In this document: positions 34,752 through 42,801 of the stretch, one piece after another
Layout: each line of letters opens with the position of its first letter
Numbering within the stretch: position 1 is the first letter of the stretch
Assembly: GCA_012517195.1 (NCBI GenBank)
Contig: JAAYVK010000039.1
Coordinates: 85-64,084 of the forward strand
Direction: 5' to 3'
Origin: Synergistaceae bacterium
GTDB lineage: Bacteria; Synergistota; Synergistia; Synergistales; 79-D21
Length of the DNA stretch: 64,000 nucleotides
Position numbers and translations under genes: made by a program
Notes under the pieces: generated by a model
The model's input: only the letters and a program-made list of their open reading frames with translations
Databases searched by the model: none
What the model was told of the DNA's origin: nothing

Positions 34752-35708
34752 TCACTCCCCGTTTCTGAAATCGGAAGCAAGTCTGGTGAGGACCTCTTCC
34801 GCCTCTGCAAACATCGTTCTGATGATCTCGGCTGCGGGCCGAATTTCACGAATCAGGCCTGCGATCTGTCCCGCCATGACGGATCCCCATTCGACATCGC
34901 CTTCCACTACGGCTTTACGAAGCCTCCCGGAACCCAGTTCCTCGAATTCCTGCACGTCTGCAAGCCGGTCCTCGAGCTTGTCGAATTCCTGGGTGAGCCT
35001 GTTTTTCAGACAACGCACCGGGTGGCCCGTCCTGCGGCCGGTAATCACCGTGGAACGATCTCCGGCAGCAAGGATCTCCTGTTTGTAAAGCGGGTGGGCG
35101 TTGCACTCAGAGCAGCAGACAAAACGGGTTCCGAGCTGAACCCCCTCTGCGCCGAGTGCGAAGGCGGCCGCGATCCCCCTTCCGTCCCCGATGCCGCCGG
35201 CCGCGATCACAGGAATTTTCACCGCATCCGCGACCTGGGGTACAAGCGTCATCGTCGTCGATTCCCCGATATGTCCCCCCGACTCCGTGCCTTCCGCGAC
35301 CACGGCGTCGGCTCCCTGTTTCTCCACGCGACGGGCATGCGCGACGGAAGCGATGACCGGAACCACGATCGTCCCGAGCGGCTTGAGGCGCTCGATGACT
35401 TTCCCTGGGGCTCCTGCGCCTGTCGTGACAACGGGGACGCGGTGAGCCGCCGCGAGTTCGATCGCGTCTTCCGCGGTTGGGGAAAGAAGCATGATGTTGA
35501 GGCCAAAGGGCCGGCTTGTCAAAGTCTTTGCCTTCAGGATCTGTTTTTCGAGAATATCCGGCGGAACGTTTGCAGCGGCGATGATTCCCAACCCTCCTCC
35601 ATTGCTGACTGCAGCGGCCAGGTCGGCATCCGCCACCCAGGCCATGCCTCCCTGAAGGATGGGATACTCGATCCCGAGCAGCCTGGCGATGCGGTTATTT
35701 TTCAGCAT
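34752..35708 (-). CDS. fabK: enoyl-ACP reductase II (FMN-dependent, nitronate monooxygenase fold)
   Basis: LGIEYPILQGGMAWVADADLAAAVSNGGGLGIIAA is the FabK/NMO family N-terminus, located inside the fab cluster. ATG at 35708 has SD AAGGAGG. Confidence 0.88.
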   Translation of the reverse strand: MLKNNRIARLLGIEYPILQGGMAWVADADLAAAVSNGGGLGIIAAANVPPDILEKQILKAKTLTSRPFGLNIMLLSPTAEDAIELAAAHRVPVVTTGAGAPGKVIERLKPLGTIVVPVIASVAHARRVEKQGADAVVAEGTESGGHIGESTTMTLVPQVADAVKIPVIAAGGIGDGRGIAAAFALGAEGVQLGTRFVCCSECNAHPLYKQEILAAGDRSTVITGRRTGHPVRCLKNRLTQEFDKLEDRLADVQEFEELGSGRLRKAVVEGDVEWGSVMAGQIAGLIREIRPAAEIIRTMFAEAEEVLTRLASDFRNGE

Positions 35709-36720
35709 GTCGGCCTCCTTGCATTTCCAGGATGATATCGCCATACGTCATTCCCGCTCCAAAGCTGGTGATGAGGACCTTCTGGGAGGGGGCCAGCTTC
35801 CCTTCGGCGTACGCCTCGTGAAAGGCCAGGAATACGGAAGCGGCCGAGGTGTTCCCGTACTTGTCCAGGTTGACGAACGTTTTTGAGGAATCGACCTGGA
35901 GTCTTTTCAAAACGGAATCAATGATGCGCAGGTTTGCCTGGTGGAAAATCCACCAATCGATCTGAGCCGGTTCCAGCCCTGATTTTTCGCAGCTTTCCCG
36001 GAGAAAGCCCGGCAATGCCTGGTTGACGAACTTGAATACTTCGTTCCCCTTCATCTGGACCGAGTGGAGATTTTCTTCCAGGGTGTTCGGGGAGGTCGGG
36101 TTCTCAACAAGTCCTCCAGGGAAACTGATCAGGTCATGCCGTGTCCCGTCCGACCTGAGGTCGGATGAAAGGATCCGGGCCAAAGCACCGGCCGGGTTTG
36201 AGGAAAGCACCATCGCTCCCGCCCCGTCGCCGAAAAGGACGCAAGTGTTCCGGTCCTGCCAGTTGATCAGGCTGGAAAGGACTTCGGCCCCCACCACAAG
36301 GACATTCTCCCAGAGGCCCGAAGCGATGCCGGCCGTGGCGATTGCCAGGGCATAAACGCAGCCGGTGCACCCCGACTGGAGATCCGCGGCTCCGGCCCTG
36401 GTCGCTTCCAGCTTCCCCTGCACCTTCGCCGCGACACCGGGGAAAAGAGTGTCGGGGGAATTCGTTGCAACCAGGATCATGTCCAGGTTTTCCGGTTTCA
36501 GGCCGGCAGAACCGAGGGCCTCCAGTCCTGCGGCGTAGGCGAGGTCGCTGGTCAGTTCACCTGGGGCTGCGATGTGCCGGGTCCTGATTCCCGTCCGTTC
36601 AACGATCCATTCGTCCGTGGTATCCACCATTTTTTCAAGATCCTGGTTGGTCAGGACCCTTTTTGGCAGATGGATTCCCGTCCCTGTAACAAAGACAGGC
36701 TTTCCGGAAAAAAGAGGCAT
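35695..36720 (-). CDS. fabH: beta-ketoacyl-ACP synthase III
   Basis: GTGIHLPKRVLTNQDLEKMVDTTDEWIVERTGI.., active-site Cys in LQSGCTGCVYAL, plus HQAN and GAGMTYG. ATG at 36720 is 1 nt after the plsX stop. Confidence 0.93.
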   Translation of the reverse strand: MPLFSGKPVFVTGTGIHLPKRVLTNQDLEKMVDTTDEWIVERTGIRTRHIAAPGELTSDLAYAAGLEALGSAGLKPENLDMILVATNSPDTLFPGVAAKVQGKLEATRAGAADLQSGCTGCVYALAIATAGIASGLWENVLVVGAEVLSSLINWQDRNTCVLFGDGAGAMVLSSNPAGALARILSSDLRSDGTRHDLISFPGGLVENPTSPNTLEENLHSVQMKGNEVFKFVNQALPGFLRESCEKSGLEPAQIDWWIFHQANLRIIDSVLKRLQVDSSKTFVNLDKYGNTSAASVFLAFHEAYAEGKLAPSQKVLITSFGAGMTYGDIILEMQGGRHAEK

Positions 36721-36721
36721 T

Positions 36722-37726
36722 CTAGAGTTTTCCTCCCTCCAGCAATTCTTCCCGAATGAGCTCGACTCCCTTTTTCTCGACGAAATCATGGGCAACCCGA
36801 ATGGCATTGGCGACGGCGGTCGCCCTGGATCTGCCATGGGCCTTGATCACGGCACCGTTGACCCCGAGAAGGGGGGTCCCGCCGTACCGTTCATAATCAA
36901 AGCGAGTCCAGAGTTCCTTGATCATCGGGAGCATGAACACCATGCCCATTTTCGGCAGGAGGCGGTTCCCCATTTCCTCCTTCAGCAGTGCGTAAACCGC
37001 CTCGCCGAAACCCTCCATGAACTTCAGAAGGACGTTTCCGGTAAAGCCGTCGCAAACGACGAGGTCCGCCGTTCCGAAGGGGATGTCCTTCCCTTCCACG
37101 TACCCCTTGAAGTTCAGCTTTGCCCCTTTGATCATCTCCCTGGCGGAGAGGATCACTTCGTCTCCCTTGATTTCCTCTTCGCCGTTTGAGAGGAGGGCGA
37201 TCTCGGGTTCTTTCACTCCGAAGATGTGACGCATGTAAATCTGTCCCATCAGCGCGAACTGGAAGAGGTTCTCGGGTTTGGCTCTCACGGTGGCTCCGAC
37301 GTCGATGAGCATGCTCGTCCGGTTCAGCGCCGGCAAAGGCATGCCGAGGCCGGGCCTCTCTATCCCGGGAATGCGGCCGACCACGAGAACCCCGCCCGCC
37401 ACGATGGCCCCGGTGTTCCCGCAGGAAACGCACCCCTGTGCTTCCCGGGAATGAACCATTTCCATTGCGATTCGGAGACTCGCGTCCTTTTTCTTCCGGA
37501 TGGCAACCACGGGAGATTCGTCCATGGCGATCGCATCCTCGGCATGGACAAGGTGAAGCCTTTTAAGAAGACCTGCTTCGACGCCTTCCAATTGCTCCCG
37601 GACAAGAGGTTCCTTTCCTACAAGGGCAATCTCCAGATCCGGGTGGTTCCGGCAGGCAATCACCGCACCCTTGCAGATTTCATGAGGGGCATTGTCCCCC
37701 CCCATTGCGTCAACCGCTATGAGCAA
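36722..37726 (-). CDS. plsX: phosphate acyltransferase
   Basis: MLIAVDAMGGDNAP.. and VCDGFTGNVLLK are PlsX signatures. Confidence 0.95.
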   Translation of the reverse strand: MLIAVDAMGGDNAPHEICKGAVIACRNHPDLEIALVGKEPLVREQLEGVEAGLLKRLHLVHAEDAIAMDESPVVAIRKKKDASLRIAMEMVHSREAQGCVSCGNTGAIVAGGVLVVGRIPGIERPGLGMPLPALNRTSMLIDVGATVRAKPENLFQFALMGQIYMRHIFGVKEPEIALLSNGEEEIKGDEVILSAREMIKGAKLNFKGYVEGKDIPFGTADLVVCDGFTGNVLLKFMEGFGEAVYALLKEEMGNRLLPKMGMVFMLPMIKELWTRFDYERYGGTPLLGVNGAVIKAHGRSRATAVANAIRVAHDFVEKKGVELIREELLEGGKL

Positions 37727-38312
37727 TCCCTTTCCCTCCCGCTCTCGATTCCGGTTCTTCGAATTCTGTCATGAGGATAAAACGCGCGACAAAAACATCC
37801 TCATCCATGACTCTCGTTCTCACGCTGACCACCGAGCGGCCGTTCTTGCGGGTTCCCACCTTTGACCTCGCAATGCAGCGCTCTAGCGGGAAAACCGACC
37901 TCAGAAAACGGACCCTTGCCGATTCGATCGATGAGGGCCCGGGCCGAACCGAGGCGAGAGCCAGCGTTGCCGCCTGGGCGAAAAGATAATGTCCTCCGAT
38001 CGCCCCGTCCTCCGCTGAAACCATTTCGCTGTCTGGGACCAGGAGAGAAAGTCCCCATTGCCCGGGCTCAAGGCCCAGCAGTTCGCCGAAAAGGGAAGCC
38101 CTTTTCATCGCCGAGAGGGGACCAGAAGCCTTTTCCGCCATTTCCCGCATGCGCTCGCGAAGCTCGGGAACGTTCAACAGCGCCCGGTCGAGCCGGACGG
38201 TGCTCACGCTCACGGATAAAGAACGGGCCAAATCCTCGTCTGTCATGAGGGGGTTGGCTTCAAGAAGCTTCAGCAATCGTCTCTGGCGCGCCCTTTTCTG
38301 GACCTGCTGCAA
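37710..38312 (-). CDS. fapR: fatty acid/phospholipid synthesis transcription factor FapR
   Basis: TTG at 38312 (SD GGAGGG 7 nt upstream) gives MQQVQKRARQRRLLKLLEANPLMTDEDLARSLSVSVSTVRLDRALLNVPELRER, followed by a thioesterase-like domain (GHYLFAQA). The track start at 38441 lies inside the rpmF terminator and promoter. Confidence 0.88.
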   Translation of the reverse strand: MQQVQKRARQRRLLKLLEANPLMTDEDLARSLSVSVSTVRLDRALLNVPELRERMREMAEKASGPLSAMKRASLFGELLGLEPGQWGLSLLVPDSEMVSAEDGAIGGHYLFAQAATLALASVRPGPSSIESARVRFLRSVFPLERCIARSKVGTRKNGRSVVSVRTRVMDEDVFVARFILMTEFEEPESRAGGKGIAHSG

Positions 38313-38329
38313 GGCTTTGCCCTCCGGAA

Positions 38330-38344
38330 TAAGACCTGGTCTTA
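38330..38344 (-). promoter_or_regulatory. candidate FapR operator (autoregulation)
   Basis: Perfect 7-1-7 palindrome TAAGACC-A/T-GGTCTTA between the predicted -10 and the fapR SD. It resembles the B. subtilis FapR box (TTAGTACC.GGTACTAA-like, from memory). Confidence 0.45.
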
Positions 38345-38367
38345 ATAACTCCTCTGAAAACCATGCC

Positions 38368-38396
38368 AGTATAAACAAGCCCTTCTTTCCGGTCAA
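38368..38396 (-). promoter_or_regulatory. putative sigma-A promoter of fapR-plsX-fab operon
   Basis: On the minus strand, TTGACC (38396-38391), 17-nt spacer, TATACT (38373-38368), immediately after the rpmF terminator. Confidence 0.55.
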
Positions 38397-38399
38397 GAC

Positions 38400-38432
38400 A
38401 AAAAAAGGCACCCCCCAGGTGGGGGGTGCCCC
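38400..38432 (-). terminator. rho-independent terminator after rpmF
   Basis: The minus strand reads GGCACCCCCC-ACCT-GGGGGGTGCC followed by TTTTTTT, about 15 nt after the rpmF stop. Confidence 0.75.
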
Positions 38433-38447
38433 GCCGGTCACAGGAAC

Positions 38448-38645
38448 CTACTTCGCCTCGGGTTCAGAAACCTCAAGCACTTTTCTCCCGCGATAATACC
38501 CGCAGCTTTTGCACGCATGGTGTGCCTGCAGGGTTTCACCGCAACGGGGGCATGTTCCAACGGCAGGCGCTGAAAGACCTCCGAGCCATTGGGCTTTCCT
38601 CTTATGCGTCCTGGAATGGGAAACTCTCCTCTTGGGAACTGCCAC
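38448..38645 (-). CDS. rpmF: 50S ribosomal protein L32 (zinc-ribbon form)
   Basis: MAVPKRRVSHSRTHKRKAQW.. with CPRCG..CKSCG. Confidence 0.95.
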   Translation of the reverse strand: MAVPKRRVSHSRTHKRKAQWLGGLSAPAVGTCPRCGETLQAHHACKSCGYYRGRKVLEVSEPEAK

Positions 38646-38660
38646 TTCAATCCTCTCCCT

Positions 38661-39224
38661 TCAACATTCCTCAGAAACATCCGGCAGGATGTCCTTGAGA
38701 ACCTGCAGCCTCGGGTCACTTCCCTGACTGGAACATCCGCAGTCTCCCGCGTTCAGGTCGGCGCCGCACAAAGGGCATAAACCCGCACAATCCTCACGGC
38801 AAAGTACCTTGTCCGGCAGGGAAAGGATGAAGCTTTCCCAGATTTGCTCGGACAGGTCGATCTCCACCGAATCCTGCGGATAGGAAACGACCGTTTCGTC
38901 GACGTTTTGCCCCTCTTCGACAGCAGACGGAGTATAAAAATACCGGAAAGACCCCGCAATTTCAAGAGGGGTCTCCCTCAGGCAGCGGGAACATGGAGCC
39001 GCTGCGCTGAAGGAAAGGCGGATTTCAAGGAAAAAAGTCCGCCCGTTCCCCAGTTTTTCGGCATGAACCCGTAGCGGGCTTTTCAGGCTGTAGTTCAGGC
39101 CCGAGTAATCCAGTTCAGCCGGTAAGCTTAAGGACCAATCGGCAGCGGAAGATTCTTCCGCGCCTTCGAAAATCAGCGGGATTCGCGCTTTCCAGTCTTC
39201 CGGGCAGGCCTTGCTTCCGGACAA
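38661..39224 (-). CDS. yceD: YceD/DUF177 family protein (23S rRNA accumulation protein-like)
   Basis: Position immediately upstream of rpmF. C-terminal CREDCAGLCPLCGADLNAGDCGC motif typical of DUF177. Confidence 0.85.
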   Translation of the reverse strand: MSGSKACPEDWKARIPLIFEGAEESSAADWSLSLPAELDYSGLNYSLKSPLRVHAEKLGNGRTFFLEIRLSFSAAAPCSRCLRETPLEIAGSFRYFYTPSAVEEGQNVDETVVSYPQDSVEIDLSEQIWESFILSLPDKVLCREDCAGLCPLCGADLNAGDCGCSSQGSDPRLQVLKDILPDVSEEC

Positions 39225-39227
39225 CCC

Positions 39228-40427
39228 CTATCGCCCCTCGGCAAGGGCCTTGGTGTCCCTTGCGATCACAAGTTCCTCGTTCGTCGGGACGACCAGTATC
39301 CGGACCCTTGAGTCTTCGGTGCTGATGATGGCTTCCTTCCCGCGGATATTGTTCTTGGAAAGGTCGAGCTTTGCGCCCAGAAACTCGAGTCCCTCGGACA
39401 CCATCTGGCGCACGAGAACACTGTTTTCGCCGATCCCGGCAGTGAAAACGACCGCATCGATCCCGCCCATCGCGGCGGCGTAGGCGCCAATGTACTTTCG
39501 GACTCCGTAGCAGAGCATATCCAGTGCGAGCGCGGCCCGTTCGTTTCCGGTTGCCGCGGCTTCCTCAATATCCCTGAGGTCGCTGCTGATTCCGGAAATG
39601 CCGAGAACACCGCTTTCCTTGTGGAGGATATGACTCATCGCCTTCGGTGTGATTCCTTCCTGCTCCATCAGGTGCAGGATCATAACGGGGTCCAGGTCTC
39701 CAGCCCGCGTTCCCATCAGGATCCCCGGAACGGTGCTGAAACCAAGGCTCGTATCCACCGATCTGCCTCGGTCTACGGCCGTGATGGAACTGCCGTTCCC
39801 CATGTGGCAAGTCACGATTTTCAGTTCCTCGACCGGACGTCCAAGGATTTCAGCGGCCCGGTTGGCGACATAGAAATGGCTGGTGCCATGGAAGCCATAG
39901 CGGCGGAGGCGGTTTTCCTCGTAGTAGTGGTACGGCAGGCCATAGGTAAAGGCCTTTGCCGGCATGGTCTGGTGGAATGCGGTGTCGAAGACGGCGACTT
40001 GCAAAATCTCGGGAAGGACCTCGAGAACTGCGCGAATCCCCATGAGGTTTGCCGGGTTGTGGAGAGGGGCAAGAGGGACGCATTCCTCGATGACATCCAG
40101 AACTTCCTTGTCAATGACGACGGATTGGGCAAACTTTTCACCCCCATGAACGACCCGGTGGCCGACCGCGGAAAGCTCGTTCAGGCTTGAAAGGGCTCCA
40201 TGGATGGGATCGAGCAGGTGTTCGATCACGAGACGGATCGCCACTTTGTGATTGGGAATTTCTGTTGTGGTCGAAACCGCATCCATTCCCGTCCTGGTGT
40301 GCTTGATCATCGATCCTTCGATCCCGATGCGTTCCACAAGACCTTTTGCAAGCACCGATTCGTCCGTCATGTCGAAAAGCTGGTACTTGAGAGAGGAACT
40401 ACCGCAATTCAGAACAAGAACCTTCAT
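39228..40427 (-). CDS. ackA: acetate kinase
   Basis: MKVLVLNCGSSSLKYQLFDM.., HRVVHGG, GFHGTSH. ATG at 40427 has SD GGAGG 7 nt upstream. Confidence 0.95.
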   Translation of the reverse strand: MKVLVLNCGSSSLKYQLFDMTDESVLAKGLVERIGIEGSMIKHTRTGMDAVSTTTEIPNHKVAIRLVIEHLLDPIHGALSSLNELSAVGHRVVHGGEKFAQSVVIDKEVLDVIEECVPLAPLHNPANLMGIRAVLEVLPEILQVAVFDTAFHQTMPAKAFTYGLPYHYYEENRLRRYGFHGTSHFYVANRAAEILGRPVEELKIVTCHMGNGSSITAVDRGRSVDTSLGFSTVPGILMGTRAGDLDPVMILHLMEQEGITPKAMSHILHKESGVLGISGISSDLRDIEEAAATGNERAALALDMLCYGVRKYIGAYAAAMGGIDAVVFTAGIGENSVLVRQMVSEGLEFLGAKLDLSKNNIRGKEAIISTEDSRVRILVVPTNEELVIARDTKALAEGR

Positions 40428-40503
40428 TAAAAAACCTCCCTTGACCGATTGGTTGCACCCCATTAACCTCTAAAAACTAACCTCAAAATAAAGGAGAAGC
40501 GAT

Positions 40504-41715
40504 TTGCGCCAGCAGAATGTTGTCGGTATCATCGCCGAATACAACCCGTTCCACAACGGGCATGCCTACCACCTTCAGCAGGCCGTAGAGCGGTCGGAAG
40601 CCCGCGCCGCCGTGGTAGTCCTCTCGTCAAACTTTGTGCAGAGAGGAGAACCCGCGCTCCAGGACAAATGGTCCCGGGCCGAAACCGCCTTGCGCTGCGG
40701 AGCCGATCTTGTCCTCGAGCTTCCCGTTCCCTTCTCCTGCCACAATGCCGGGGTCTTTGCCAAAGGGGCGGTAGGAATTCTCGCTTCCACGGGAGTCGTA
40801 ACGCATCTTTCTTTCGGCATGGAAGGAGAAATCCCCGAAATGGATGCGATCCTGGACATTTTATTGCATGAGCCTCTTCCTTTCAAGGAAAAGCTGAAAT
40901 CCTTGCTCGCCCTGGGGATGTCGTATGTCGAGGCCAGGGCAAACGCGATCGATGCTCTTTTGCCGGGGGTCAAGGAAGCACTTTCGACTCCCAACAACAA
41001 CCTTGCACTGGCCTATTTGCTTGAAGTTCGAAAACGAAGGGCGCCGCTCGAGATTACCCCTGTGATTCGAAAGGGAGGCGGTTTTCATTCCCAGGAGATC
41101 GGGCCTATCGCGAGCGCCTCGGCAATCCGCCGCCGGCTTCGAAACGGAGAAATTGAGCAGGTGGAAGGATCAATGCCCCCCGCCAGTTTCCATAGGCTTC
41201 AAAAAGATCTTGAAGAGGGGCATTGCACCCTGGATGAATCGAGGCTATTTTGCGCCTACCGCATCCTGCTCGCCCGCTCAACGAGAGACGACCTCTCGAG
41301 AGTGGCCGAAATGGGGGAGGGGTTTGAAGCCAGGATGAAGTCTGCAATGGCTCGCTCCGCCGATCTAGAAAACCTGATTTCGGAGTGCGTTTCAAAGCGA
41401 TACCCGCGAGGAAGGGTCTGCCGCCATTTTGTTCATGCCCTGCTCGGTTTCGAACACTGGGAAAACCGCGCGTTCCAGCGGCTCGGCCCTCCATGCATCC
41501 GCGTTTTAGGAGCGAACGGAACGGGCCGCCTTTTACTGCGCGAAATACGCCGGGAAGCCTCTCTCCCTGTCCTCTGCCGGTGTGATGAAACGAAAAAGGG
41601 ACCCATTGCCTCGCTCATGGGTTTCGAACGCAAGGCCACGGAGGTCTGGGAAAGCCTGACGAGCCGCCCCCGGCCTGACGCGGAGAAGAAGGCGGTTCCT
41701 ATCCTGGTTCCTTGA
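40504..41715 (+). CDS. tmcAL: tRNA(Met) cytidine acetate ligase-like nucleotidyltransferase (YlbM/UPF0348)
   Basis: VGIIAEYNPFHNGHAYHL..VVVLSSNFVQRGEPA..DKWSRAE..GADLVLELP matches the YlbM/TmcAL family. TTG at 40504 has SD AAGGAG 7 nt upstream. Confidence 0.8.
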   Translation: MRQQNVVGIIAEYNPFHNGHAYHLQQAVERSEARAAVVVLSSNFVQRGEPALQDKWSRAETALRCGADLVLELPVPFSCHNAGVFAKGAVGILASTGVVTHLSFGMEGEIPEMDAILDILLHEPLPFKEKLKSLLALGMSYVEARANAIDALLPGVKEALSTPNNNLALAYLLEVRKRRAPLEITPVIRKGGGFHSQEIGPIASASAIRRRLRNGEIEQVEGSMPPASFHRLQKDLEEGHCTLDESRLFCAYRILLARSTRDDLSRVAEMGEGFEARMKSAMARSADLENLISECVSKRYPRGRVCRHFVHALLGFEHWENRAFQRLGPPCIRVLGANGTGRLLLREIRREASLPVLCRCDETKKGPIASLMGFERKATEVWESLTSRPRPDAEKKAVPILVP

Positions 41716-42202
41716 AGCTGTTTTTCGGAGGGAAACGCTCCCTGAGTCTCCGGAATACCCCGGGGGGGACCATTCCCTGCACGGAACCGCCGAAATGAAA
41801 AACTTCCTTGATCGCCCGGCTCGAGAGATAGGAATACTGGGCGTCCGTAACGATGAAGAGGGTTTCAATTTCAGGTGCCAGCTGGCGGTTCATGAGAGCG
41901 AGCTGGAACTCGTATTCGAAATCGGAAAGAGCCCTCAATCCCCTGATGATGATTCGGCTTTGTTCCTTTCTCATGAAGTCGACGAGAAGCCCTTCGAAAA
42001 ATTTAACGTGAACGTTCGGGAGGTGACTGGTTGCTTCCCTCGCCATGGCCTGCCTTTCGTCCACGCTGAATGTGGCTCGTTTCTGGGGATTGTGCAAAAC
42101 TGCGACAACCAGCTCGTCAAAAAGCGATGAAGCTCTCTCCGCGATGTAGATGTGACCATTGGTGATCGGGTCGAAGGACCCCGGATAAACGGCTCTGATC
42201 AT
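41699..42202 (-). CDS. coaD: phosphopantetheine adenylyltransferase
   Basis: MIRAVYPGSFDPITNGHIYIAERA... ATG at 42202 forms an ATGA overlap with the rsmD stop. The 3' end overlaps convergent tmcAL by 17 nt. Confidence 0.93.
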   Translation of the reverse strand: MIRAVYPGSFDPITNGHIYIAERASSLFDELVVAVLHNPQKRATFSVDERQAMAREATSHLPNVHVKFFEGLLVDFMRKEQSRIIIRGLRALSDFEYEFQLALMNRQLAPEIETLFIVTDAQYSYLSSRAIKEVFHFGGSVQGMVPPGVFRRLRERFPPKNSFKEPG

Positions 42203-42717
42203 CGCTCTTGCCTCCTTGGGCCGGTCCTGTATAGAGAAAGGCTGCTGTCTCCATATCGGCGCGTTGTCCAGGGGTAGCCAACCACCGAATCTGGAAGATT
42301 TTCCCTTGATGAATGTTCGAGAACGAACACTCCACCCTCCGCAAGAAGCTTCATCCATGAAACGCTGCCGCCTGCTACCAACTCCTGCACCCAGCCGTTT
42401 TCGTACGGCGGATCGGCAAAAATCACTTGAAAGGTCCGGCCCTTTTTCACGAGCATCGCCAGCGCCCTGTGCACATCCATGCAAAGGAGCTCGAGCTGAA
42501 AAGACCCGTCCCTGCCGCGGTGACGATCCCTCAATTCCCTGCAGGCGGTGCGGTTGCTCTCTACAGCAACAACCGGATTGTACCCGCGCCTGCCGGCTTC
42601 AAGGGCAACCCTGCCGGTTCCCGAGAAAAGGTCCAAAAACGGCCCGGTTGCGGGTTCACCAAGGAGATTGAACAGGGTCTGGAGAAGCTTTCCGGAAGTG
42701 GGACGAACGGGATTCAT
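42199..42717 (-). CDS. rsmD: 16S rRNA (guanine966-N2)-methyltransferase
   Basis: RPTSGKLLQTLFNLL..FLDLFSGTGRVALEA..IFADPPY are RsmD motifs. rsmD-coaD pairing as in B. subtilis ylbH-coaD. Confidence 0.88.
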   Translation of the reverse strand: MNPVRPTSGKLLQTLFNLLGEPATGPFLDLFSGTGRVALEAGRRGYNPVVAVESNRTACRELRDRHRGRDGSFQLELLCMDVHRALAMLVKKGRTFQVIFADPPYENGWVQELVAGGSVSWMKLLAEGGVFVLEHSSRENLPDSVVGYPWTTRRYGDSSLSLYRTGPRRQER

Positions 42718-42801
42718 CGGGGACCTTCCTGGCCCGACTTCGTGAAACGCTTCCCATTTGCCGACCGGCGAAACCGTATGCGACCCATGAAGCGGGATCT
42801 C

